A DNA stretch of 63,825 nt, the filler included. It is 7 parts of 7 records of this genome, joined end to end, with 100 filler letters (N's around TTAATTAATTAA, not from the genome) between each part and the next. Parts side by side here need not be neighbours in the genome. Positions count along the whole stretch, not along the records: positions 18,951 to 33,435 come from SRR31156797_12604; 6 more parts are not named here. One strand, 5' to 3'. Shown piece after piece: positions 19,428-27,675 of this stretch (position 1 is its first letter; each line of letters begins with the position of its first letter). Below the pieces are notes generated by a model. The model was not told the origin of the DNA, did not search any database, and saw nothing but the letters and a program-made list of their open reading frames with translations. A program made the position numbers and the translations under genes.

Positions 19428-22405
19428 TTTTTAATACCCCTGCCATACGGCTGAGCACCGCCCTGGTACTGTTGACGATCAACCTGCTCCTGTTGGCCGA
19501 GCTGATCGGATTTGTTCCCGACAAATCCAAATCCGCGTTACAGGTGCGTAAAAGTTTAAGCGAGTCCCTGGCCCTGCAGTTTTGCACCGCAGCCGAAAAA
19601 GGAGAGTTCCAGACCATCCAGACCACCCTCCGGGCAGTGGTGGAGAGAAACGACGATATCCGTTCTGCGGCAATACGCACCATTAACGGTAAACTTCTCG
19701 CCATTGAGGGAGAGCACCTGCTCCACTGGAAGCCCCCGGTGGACGGGAAATCAACCCCGACCCATGTAAAGGTCCCCCTGTTCCTGAAAAATAAAAAGTG
19801 GGCGGAGGTGGAAATCTGTTTTGCCCCGTTGTGGGCAAATAACCTGACAAGCGGATTCACCAATTCATTCACCGGTCTTCTGGTTTTTATCGGCGTGGGC
19901 TGTTTTATCTGTTATTTCTTTCTCATCAAAAGGACCCTGCGTGAACTTGATCCCGCGGCGGTTATTCCGGAACGGGTTCAGAAAGCCTTTGATGTTCTTC
20001 AGGAAGGGGTGGTGATCCTGGATGAAAAAGAACTGATCGTGATGACCAACAAGACTTTTGCCGGGCTGCTCGGCAAGTCTCCCAAGGCAATGATCGGGCT
20101 GAAGGGATCGGAACTTGGATGGCTCGAGTGTCACACCCCGGAACAGGTACGACAATTGCCATGGTTCAAGGCCATGGAGGGCGGCAAAGAACAAAAAGGC
20201 GTCTCCCTGAGGCTGCGAAACAGCCTGGGCAATAAAATCAAGCTGGCCGTCAATGCTTCCATACTGACCGATAATGGGGGAAATCGCCACGGCACCCTGG
20301 TTACGTTTGACGATATCACCCAATTAGAAGAAAAGAACCTGGAGCTCAGCGACCTGGTCGACAAACTCCAGGTGGCCAACGAAGAAATCAATGGGAAAAA
20401 CCGGGAGCTGGAAATCCTCGCCAGCTGCGATCCCATGACCCTCTGTTTGAACAGGCGCTCCCTGGCTAAAAGGTTCGATGCCCTGTTCACCCGGGCAAAG
20501 GCGGACAGGAAGCAACTGTGCTGCCTGATGGCGGATATCGATTTTTTCAAAAAGGTCAATGACAATTATGGCCATGCAACCGGAGATGAGGTGATCAAGG
20601 CGGTGGCGGATGTTCTGAAAACCGCCACCCGGGAAACCGACCTGGTCGGGCGCTACGGCGGAGAAGAGTTCTGTGTGGTGCTGCCCGGACTTCATATAGA
20701 CCAGGCCGTCCAGATTGCCGAGCGCATCCGCAAGACAGTCGAAAATCAATCCTGCTCCGGGGTCAAGGTCACCGTAAGCCAGGGAGTGTCTTCCATTGAA
20801 TTCAATGCCTGCAAACCTGACGAGCTGATCGATCAGGCAGATAAAGCCCTTTATGCGGCAAAGAAGGGCGGAAGGAATCAGGTTATCACCTGGGGAAAAG
20901 ATCTGGAGTCGCAATCCGAGGACGACGGCGGGAAGGAAATCCGGGATCAGGTTTCAAAACCGGACAAACCGGAAACCGGGGATACGGACCAGGCGAAACT
21001 GGAGCGTCGCCTGCTGGAACTTGAAGGGCTCCTTGAAAAACGCACCCTGGAGTTGGAGCACTTTAAAATGTATGACTTCAAGACAGGTTTGCCCACCCGC
21101 TCTCTTTTTGAAGACCGGCTCACCCGTGAAATTGCCAGAAGCAAGCGGATGAATACACTGATGGCGGTATTGTCCATGACCATCGACACCATAAAACGGG
21201 TCCACGAAACCCTCGGATACAAGGCTGCCGAGCAATTGGTGAAAGCGTGCGGTCAGCGGTTGAATACGGTATTACGCGGGAATATCGATACGGTTGCCGT
21301 TATCGAAAACGTTGAAGATATGTCAGCGGTTTCCCTGATCGACCAGACGGAATTCGCTATCCTGTTGACCGATATCAGGCAGGTCGACCATGTTACCTGG
21401 ATAATGAAGCGTATGCTGGATGCGTTTAAAAAACCAGTCCGGATCAAAGGAAACGAAATTTACGCCTCGGTCTATTTCGGCGTCAGCATCTTCCCCCACG
21501 ACGGCCAGACCGGGGAGGTATTGTACAGCAGCGCCAGCAATGCCTGCAGATATGCACGGGAACTCAATGGCAAGGAGCGTTATTTGTTCTCTTCCCAAGG
21601 TCTGAACGAAATGGCAGCCAACAAACTGCATATTGAAAACTTACTCCATGATGCCATCAGGAATGATGAACTGCAACTGCACTACCAGCCCAAGATTGAA
21701 GCTGCAACCGGCCGGATCGGCGGATTTGAAGCGCTGCTTCGCTGGCGGAATGCCCGGTTGGGATCTGTTCCACCGGATCATTTCATCCCGGTGGCAGAGC
21801 AGTCAGGACTGATCGACGACCTCGGCGACTGGGTTCTTTATACCGCATGCCAACAGCTCAGGACCTGGATGGATATGGGGCTTTGGGTTGCGCCCATCGC
21901 GGTCAACATGTCGGGGATTCAGCTGGGTCAGCAAACCCTTGCCAACCGGATTCAACAGATTCTGGATGAGTTCAACATAGATGTCGGTCTGCTTGAAATA
22001 GAGTTGACGGAAAGCGCTTTCATCAACAACGGAGACAAATCCTTTGCCGTTCTGAAACAGATCAGGGAGATGGGGCTCCGGATAACCATGGACGATTTTG
22101 GTACGGGGTACTCATCATTGTCCTATTTAAGGGATATTCCGCTCTCCGGTTTGAAAATAGATAAATCCTTTGTGGCAGATATCAACAAGGATGAAAATGC
22201 CAATAAACTGATCATTTCCCTGGTTTCAATCGCCCATGTACTGGGGCTGGAAGTGGTTGCGGAGGGAATTGAGAAAAAGTACCAGGCGGAGCATCTGATC
22301 GCGTTGGGTTGCGAATATCTCCAGGGCTATTATTTCAGCCGTCCCATACCCGAAACCGAGGTTGTGAAGATCTTGAAAGAACAACAGACAAGGTTGGGGA
22401 ATTAA
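19424..22405 (+). CDS. Membrane-bound PAS-GGDEF-GGDEF(degenerate)-EAL diguanylate cyclase/phosphodiesterase
   Basis: Two TM, PAS, RETD I-site plus RYGGEEF, second GGDEF fold with IDQTEF, EALLRW, DDFGTGYSSL, EGIE, QGYYFSRP. Confidence 0.92.
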   Translation: MIFNTPAIRLSTALVLLTINLLLLAELIGFVPDKSKSALQVRKSLSESLALQFCTAAEKGEFQTIQTTLRAVVERNDDIRSAAIRTINGKLLAIEGEHLLHWKPPVDGKSTPTHVKVPLFLKNKKWAEVEICFAPLWANNLTSGFTNSFTGLLVFIGVGCFICYFFLIKRTLRELDPAAVIPERVQKAFDVLQEGVVILDEKELIVMTNKTFAGLLGKSPKAMIGLKGSELGWLECHTPEQVRQLPWFKAMEGGKEQKGVSLRLRNSLGNKIKLAVNASILTDNGGNRHGTLVTFDDITQLEEKNLELSDLVDKLQVANEEINGKNRELEILASCDPMTLCLNRRSLAKRFDALFTRAKADRKQLCCLMADIDFFKKVNDNYGHATGDEVIKAVADVLKTATRETDLVGRYGGEEFCVVLPGLHIDQAVQIAERIRKTVENQSCSGVKVTVSQGVSSIEFNACKPDELIDQADKALYAAKKGGRNQVITWGKDLESQSEDDGGKEIRDQVSKPDKPETGDTDQAKLERRLLELEGLLEKRTLELEHFKMYDFKTGLPTRSLFEDRLTREIARSKRMNTLMAVLSMTIDTIKRVHETLGYKAAEQLVKACGQRLNTVLRGNIDTVAVIENVEDMSAVSLIDQTEFAILLTDIRQVDHVTWIMKRMLDAFKKPVRIKGNEIYASVYFGVSIFPHDGQTGEVLYSSASNACRYARELNGKERYLFSSQGLNEMAANKLHIENLLHDAIRNDELQLHYQPKIEAATGRIGGFEALLRWRNARLGSVPPDHFIPVAEQSGLIDDLGDWVLYTACQQLRTWMDMGLWVAPIAVNMSGIQLGQQTLANRIQQILDEFNIDVGLLEIELTESAFINNGDKSFAVLKQIREMGLRITMDDFGTGYSSLSYLRDIPLSGLKIDKSFVADINKDENANKLIISLVSIAHVLGLEVVAEGIEKKYQAEHLIALGCEYLQGYYFSRPIPETEVVKILKEQQTRLGN

Positions 22406-22431
22406 CCTTTTTTTGCCAGGGGAGGCACCCA

Positions 22432-23265
22432 GTGTTTCATAAAGTTGTAAAGTCAGCGCAGCTGATTTCGTTACCGGATATCTATATAAAATTAAAGAGA
22501 TTAATGAAGGAACCGGATTACACCATGGCGGAAGTAGCCATTCTGGTGGGGCGTGATCCCGGAATGGCCGCCCGTTTTCTGCGCATCGTCAACAGCCCCC
22601 GGAACAGGCGAATCCATAAAATCGAAACAGTGGCCCATGCCGTCTCCATACTGGGTATGGATCAAATTCATGATATCGTCCTCAGCGCCTCCGTTGCAGA
22701 AGCTTTTGATGGGCTCCAAACAAAACTGATGGATATGAAAAAATTCTGGAAGCGCAGTTTTTACTGTGCCTTGATGGCAAAACTGCTTGCCCTGGCATGC
22801 GGCATAAAGGAAAGCGACAAACTCTTCGTAAATGGCCTGCTCCATGATATCGGCCACCTGTTCATGTATCTGTCGATTCCAAAAGAATCACAACAGGCGA
22901 TTTTGTACGCGAAAAAGCAGGAACGGCCTTTGTATCAGGTGGAAAGGGAGCTTCTCGGATTTGATTACGCAAAGCTGGGGGGCTACGTCATGGGGCAATG
23001 GAATCTGCCCCAAAGCCTCCAGACAATCACAAGCTTTCATCCTGAACCGGCCAGGGCCAATCAGTTTATCCAGGAAACAGCGTTGTTGCATCTGAGTTCC
23101 CTGCTGGTCATATCCGATCTGGAAAAGCGTATTTTTGGGGAAGGGTCATTTTCGGTTGACCCCACCGTCTGGCCGGTAACCCGCCTGACCGAAGAACAAT
23201 GTTTGAATTTCAGGCAGACCGCCGCATATCAGTTTAATGAAGTTGCAAACAGTCTTTTTATCTAA
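22432..23265 (+). CDS. HDOD-domain protein
   Basis: LISLPDIY, DPGMAARFLRIVNS, GLLHDIG, WNLP; GTG start after GGGAGG (ORF track start at 22309 is probably over-extended). Confidence 0.88.
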   Translation: MFHKVVKSAQLISLPDIYIKLKRLMKEPDYTMAEVAILVGRDPGMAARFLRIVNSPRNRRIHKIETVAHAVSILGMDQIHDIVLSASVAEAFDGLQTKLMDMKKFWKRSFYCALMAKLLALACGIKESDKLFVNGLLHDIGHLFMYLSIPKESQQAILYAKKQERPLYQVERELLGFDYAKLGGYVMGQWNLPQSLQTITSFHPEPARANQFIQETALLHLSSLLVISDLEKRIFGEGSFSVDPTVWPVTRLTEEQCLNFRQTAAYQFNEVANSLFI

Positions 23266-23276
23266 GAGGTCTTGGC

Positions 23277-24611
23277 ATGGCATTCCATAAAAGTGTTTAT
23301 TTCCTGATGCTGGTTTTATTCTGGATGGCTTCGGTGCCGTTATCCCCAGGCGCGGGTGTGACCCCCGTCGGGCAATCGATTGAGAAGGCCCTGGATCATA
23401 GTCCCCGATTGCAGGCACTCCGCCACAGCCATGGGGCCATTGAATACGACCTCCAGCAATCCCGGGCCCGATACCTCCCGTCTGTTGATCTGCAGCTCGG
23501 GTACGGTATGGAACAGCACAGTGATGAGGTTACCCGCCAGACAGGCGCCGATCCGGCCGATACCGACTGGGAGCCCCGGGGCAACGCCACCCTGAAATTG
23601 ACCCAGAAAGTTTATGACGGGGAAGAAACCGGGCAGCAGGTCTGCATCCAGGAATCATTGCTGGAATCATCGGATTTCACCATTCAGGATGCCGCCCAGG
23701 CCATTGCCCTGAATGCGGTAAAAGCGCACCTGGAAGTATACAGGCAGCGGGAGCTGGTTGCCCTGGCGGAAAAGAATCTCAAGGTTCATCAGGATATTTT
23801 TCAATCGCTTTCAAAGATGGAACAGGCCGGAGCAGGCAACATTGCCGATGTCAGCCAGACCCGGGCCCGCCTGGCCCGGGCCCGGTCGAACCTGTTCATC
23901 AGTAAAGCCGACCTTACCAGGGCCATGGTTTATTACACCCGGCAGGTCGGCGCCCAACCGGGGGAACTGGCCCCGGCTGAAGTGCCAAAGGGAATGCCCG
24001 CCTCCCTGGAGGAGGCCCTGGGATGGACCGAACAAAACAATCCGGAACTTCTGACGTTTAACGCCAGGCTCACTGAAGCCCATGCCAGGGTGGCCCTTGC
24101 CCGTTCAAACTACAAGCCCAGAATCAATATTGAACTGAGCAGCAGTTACGACGATAACCTTGAAGGGGATCCTTCCTGGCAGAATACCAACGAGGCCATG
24201 GTGATCCTGCGCTGGAACCTGTTCAACGGCGGCCAGGACAAAGCAAAGAAAAACGCGGCCCTGTCGCGAAAGAGAGAAATTCGCTCCAGCCGGGATGACA
24301 GGCTGCTTGAACTTCGCCAGGAGACCGCCGGGACCTGGGCAACCTATCTTTCCCTGCAAAGCCAGAAGAAAGCCCACCAGGCCGCAGTACGCTACAGCCA
24401 AAAAACCTTTGACGCCTACCTAAAGCAATTTAACGTTTCAAAACGAAGTCTCCTGGATCTCTTAAGTGCCCAGGATGACTACTTTCAATCCGCCAGCCAG
24501 CTGGTCATCGTCAGTGCGGACGAAATCATTGCGGCCTACCGGCTCCTGAAACTGGCAAGGGCCGTGCACCTTCCGGAACATTCGACAATTGGGAAATCCC
24601 CCGGGGATTAA
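23277..24611 (+). CDS. TolC-family (AggA/LapE-like) outer-membrane secretion protein
   Basis: Signal peptide, YLPSVDL, WNLFNGG, KRSLLDLLSAQ; two OEP repeats. Confidence 0.88.
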   Translation: MAFHKSVYFLMLVLFWMASVPLSPGAGVTPVGQSIEKALDHSPRLQALRHSHGAIEYDLQQSRARYLPSVDLQLGYGMEQHSDEVTRQTGADPADTDWEPRGNATLKLTQKVYDGEETGQQVCIQESLLESSDFTIQDAAQAIALNAVKAHLEVYRQRELVALAEKNLKVHQDIFQSLSKMEQAGAGNIADVSQTRARLARARSNLFISKADLTRAMVYYTRQVGAQPGELAPAEVPKGMPASLEEALGWTEQNNPELLTFNARLTEAHARVALARSNYKPRINIELSSSYDDNLEGDPSWQNTNEAMVILRWNLFNGGQDKAKKNAALSRKREIRSSRDDRLLELRQETAGTWATYLSLQSQKKAHQAAVRYSQKTFDAYLKQFNVSKRSLLDLLSAQDDYFQSASQLVIVSADEIIAAYRLLKLARAVHLPEHSTIGKSPGD

Positions 24612-26098
24612 GGTGCATCTGTCTCAACAGCAAACCTTCCCCCATCGGCCTGCCCATTGGGGGATTCAGAGGCCCTTTCACCCGACCTGCCGCCGCTGTA
24701 CCAGAACCCCAGTGCCTTTGCCGCAACCAGGATCCCCACCGCCGCAAGCACCAGGGCCAGGGTGGTGGCCAGCCCGTACGTTGCGTAAAATATGGGGCTG
24801 AGGGAAACCAGGAAAAGTTCGATGGGCGCGATGATGATATATGCCAGCCCGTAATCCTCCAGGGTCTCGCTTTCAAAGTTCGGGTCTACAATGCGCAGGA
24901 GGGTCACGCCAAAGGCCACAACCCCGGTACACCATCCGAAATTGAAGATCCCCCGTTCAAACCAGTAGTTGTTGGACATGCGCGGGGCAATCACATAAAG
25001 GTTGAACAACACCCACCCCATGCCGAGGAGAATGAGCAACAGAAGCGGCTGCCAGAAGGTGACCACCACGGAGATCTTGATGGAGGCCACACCAAATCCC
25101 ACCATAAAATCGGAGAAGCAGCTGCCCAGCCGTGTACTCACCTGCTTATCGACAAATCCGTCCATTTTCAGGACAACCAGGGCCTTCTGGATGGCCATTG
25201 CACCGATCATGGCAGTGCAGACCTCGGGCATGTAGAGCGCTTTGCCGCCGATGGAAAGCCAGGAGATCTGTGAGATCCACTTGGTCAGGTAGATGCCGCC
25301 CAGGGTGGCAGCGAAGATCAGGGCCGCATGCCAGGCAAGGGGATCGATGGACATGGGGGAAACGGTCTGTTCTCCCACGGACAGCCGCTCTTCCCGGGGG
25401 ATCAGGCCGGTGCGCAGGGATTCGGGAAGTGACCCCGCCTCTTTGACGATCCGGGTATACTGCTTTCTGGTTGCAGCCCGGATCAGCATCACACCGCCGA
25501 AGATCGCCACCAGAAGCCCGATGGTTGCCATGGTCATGCCCACGGTGATGGCATCATGAAAGCCTAATTTCTCAAGGGTTCCGCCGATGGCCGTGGCATA
25601 GCCGTGCCCGCCTGCAAAACCTGCGGGCAGCATCCATGCAAATCCTTCGTGGAGGTCCGGCCAGAACAGTTTCATGACGGTAAGTCCCAGCACGGCCGCC
25701 AGAGCAAACTGGGCCACTTCGGAGAACAGACTGAAGAAAAAGGTGCTGCCGGCCTTGTCAATGATCTCTTTCTTGGACTTGAACGCCCTCTGGCCAATGG
25801 GGAATGTGGCAAACAGCAACACAACCAGGAGCCAGGCGTATTTCCCCATGACCGGTGAAAAGGGAATCACGTCCAGCATCTGGGGACCGAGTATCAGCCC
25901 GATAAATCCGGCAATCACCGAGGCCGGTATGAAAAAATCCTGGAAAAACCTGATTTTTGCCCGCATCACCTTGCCCACAAAAAGGAGCAAGGCCATGAAA
26001 CAGAAATCCTTCAGGATCGCCAGGGGGGCGCTTTTCATTATTTTCGCAATCACTTCCGGGTCTTGGACGGCTTGAACAATCATTTCAGGTGACATCAT
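24608..26098 (-). CDS. Sodium/glutamate symporter family (GltS/ESS) transporter
   Basis: FIPASVIAG, GFAGGHG, ATIGL, FGWCTG...LLRIVDP; many TM helices. Confidence 0.85.
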   Translation of the reverse strand: MMSPEMIVQAVQDPEVIAKIMKSAPLAILKDFCFMALLLFVGKVMRAKIRFFQDFFIPASVIAGFIGLILGPQMLDVIPFSPVMGKYAWLLVVLLFATFPIGQRAFKSKKEIIDKAGSTFFFSLFSEVAQFALAAVLGLTVMKLFWPDLHEGFAWMLPAGFAGGHGYATAIGGTLEKLGFHDAITVGMTMATIGLLVAIFGGVMLIRAATRKQYTRIVKEAGSLPESLRTGLIPREERLSVGEQTVSPMSIDPLAWHAALIFAATLGGIYLTKWISQISWLSIGGKALYMPEVCTAMIGAMAIQKALVVLKMDGFVDKQVSTRLGSCFSDFMVGFGVASIKISVVVTFWQPLLLLILLGMGWVLFNLYVIAPRMSNNYWFERGIFNFGWCTGVVAFGVTLLRIVDPNFESETLEDYGLAYIIIAPIELFLVSLSPIFYATYGLATTLALVLAAVGILVAAKALGFWYSGGRSGERASESPNGQADGGRFAVETDAP

Positions 26099-26178
26099 TA
26101 TCCTCTTTTTCGGATTTAAGATTTCAAAACAGGTTTACCAGGGGAGTGCCCCCCAAGGAAACCTGTCCGTTGCTCAGC

Positions 26179-27423
26179 TTAATAGAGAAAATATTTCTGC
26201 ATGTTTTTGAGGGTGTGGTCGTCCCGCATATAATTGGGTTTGCTGCTGTTGCGCTGGATGGCATCAAACCCTTCGGGATCATAGGGATCAAATACCACAT
26301 CCGGCGCCTGGTCCGGGGTGGTTTCCCGGCAGAGCTCCACGTGGCGGATCAGCTTCTCCTCGGAAAAAGCGACCAGCTCCTTGAGGAAACCAAAGGCATG
26401 CCGCATCTGGTGGAACCCGTATTTTTTCATCAAAGCATACCCTTTTACGGCGTCTCCTTCGGCCCGGAGGCCTGGGTGCTCTTCACTTGTGGTGCAGGCG
26501 CTGTGAATGGAGGGCAGCTTCAGCTTTTTGTTCACATGGTCCAGAAGAAGGTTTACCACATTGTGGGAAACCAGTCCCAGGTCCACCGCATAGTTTTTAT
26601 TGATATTGGCCACGGAGGGCAGCCCCGCATGGACAACGGTGACCCCGGGATTGACAAGCTGGGCCAGGGTAATGCCGAACAGGGCTTCGGCATGGGTCAG
26701 GGCCAGGAGGCCGGAGGTGGAGTACGGGGCTGAAAGCCCGGCCATGGGCATGGTGGAAACATAGGTGGGAATGCCTTTGCGGACACAGTCCAGGAACGGG
26801 GGAATCATGCTCTCAATCACGTTCAGGGGGCTGTTGATGATGGAAAACTGAACGGTCAGGTTGCCCCGGGTATTGTGGATCTCCAGGGCCTTGGCAAGAC
26901 CGGCTTCGGTAACGGCGGCCGCGTAAATGGGCTTTTTGAAATGGGCGGTCATGAGATCCATCACCTTGACCTCTTCCTTGGGAATCAGCACCCCCCTTGC
27001 CATAAAATCCACCACATCGGCCTGCTGGGCGATCTTACAGATCCGGGCCAGGTGTTCAAAGGTCGGCTGGACCAGTTCGCCTGTGGCGTCATCATGGACA
27101 AAGGGCGCGGTGCCGCCGATGCCAAAGGCATTTTCAGGAATCCAGTACTGGTCCCGTTTGGGAACAGTGGCAAGGGCCTGCTCAATCAGGGGGGACAGCA
27201 CATAAAGGTGGCCGGTGGTCTCATCATAGGCGGCCATGCCGGTCTCTTCGAATATGGACCGGACCTCGGGGGAATCACATTTTACACCGACCTCCTCCAG
27301 CACCCGGAGGGCATCGGCATGGATCCGGTCCAGCAGGGGCAGTTGGTCCAGCGTCCCGCTTTCCATCCGGCCAACTGTTTCCGGCCGGGGCATCTGGTAC
27401 ATGGTTTCTGGGCTTTGGTACAT
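26179..27423 (-). CDS. Trimethylamine methyltransferase (MttB) superfamily protein, non-pyrrolysine
   Basis: IHADALRVLEEVGV, INSPL, PMAGLSAP...GLLALTHAEALFGITLAQLVNPG, DHTLKN; no in-frame TAG; ATG at 27423 follows AAGGAAG. Confidence 0.85.
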   Translation of the reverse strand: MYQSPETMYQMPRPETVGRMESGTLDQLPLLDRIHADALRVLEEVGVKCDSPEVRSIFEETGMAAYDETTGHLYVLSPLIEQALATVPKRDQYWIPENAFGIGGTAPFVHDDATGELVQPTFEHLARICKIAQQADVVDFMARGVLIPKEEVKVMDLMTAHFKKPIYAAAVTEAGLAKALEIHNTRGNLTVQFSIINSPLNVIESMIPPFLDCVRKGIPTYVSTMPMAGLSAPYSTSGLLALTHAEALFGITLAQLVNPGVTVVHAGLPSVANINKNYAVDLGLVSHNVVNLLLDHVNKKLKLPSIHSACTTSEEHPGLRAEGDAVKGYALMKKYGFHQMRHAFGFLKELVAFSEEKLIRHVELCRETTPDQAPDVVFDPYDPEGFDAIQRNSSKPNYMRDDHTLKNMQKYFLY

Positions 27424-27485
27424 GATTTCTTCCTTTTCTATGGGAGTTTCCTGTCTGATCTCAAACAGATTTGCCACCTTACCTG

Positions 27486-27502
27486 AGCAAAGGATGTGCC
27501 AA
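27486..27502 (-). promoter_or_regulatory. sigma54 (-24/-12) promoter of the MttB-GltS unit
   Basis: Minus strand TTGGCACATCCTTTGCT matches TGGCAC-N5-TTGC exactly; about 60 nt upstream of the start and next to a bEBP gene. Confidence 0.9.
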
Positions 27503-27570
27503 ACGCCCAACCAAACCAGAACCGACTGATATAATAGACAAAAACAAAAAGAAAGAAGAAACACAAAAAT

Positions 27571-27668
27571 AGGGCCCGGAGGCCCCATTCATCATTTAAC
27601 AATTTAGAATCACAAACAATTTAAAGCATCAGGGCCATATGACCCCATTTGGGTTTTTGAACCCCATT
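27571..27668. promoter_or_regulatory. Three palindromic boxes, candidate upstream activator sequences
   Basis: aGGGCC-cgga-GGCCCcatt (27571), aGGGCC-atat-GACCCcatt (27631), tGGGTT-tttg-AACCCcatt (27650). Confidence 0.65.
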
Positions 27669-27675
27669 GAAAGAC

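Noticed and set aside
12143-27423. Apparent functional link between the betaine transporter proVWX and the MttB-family methyltransferase
   Set aside because: They lie on different contigs from different organisms, separated by an artificial spacer.
26179-27588. Pyrrolysine recoding in the MttB homologue, and the N-terminal extension to 27588
   Set aside because: No in-frame TAG. The extension runs through the sigma54 promoter, so the start at 27423 is more plausible.
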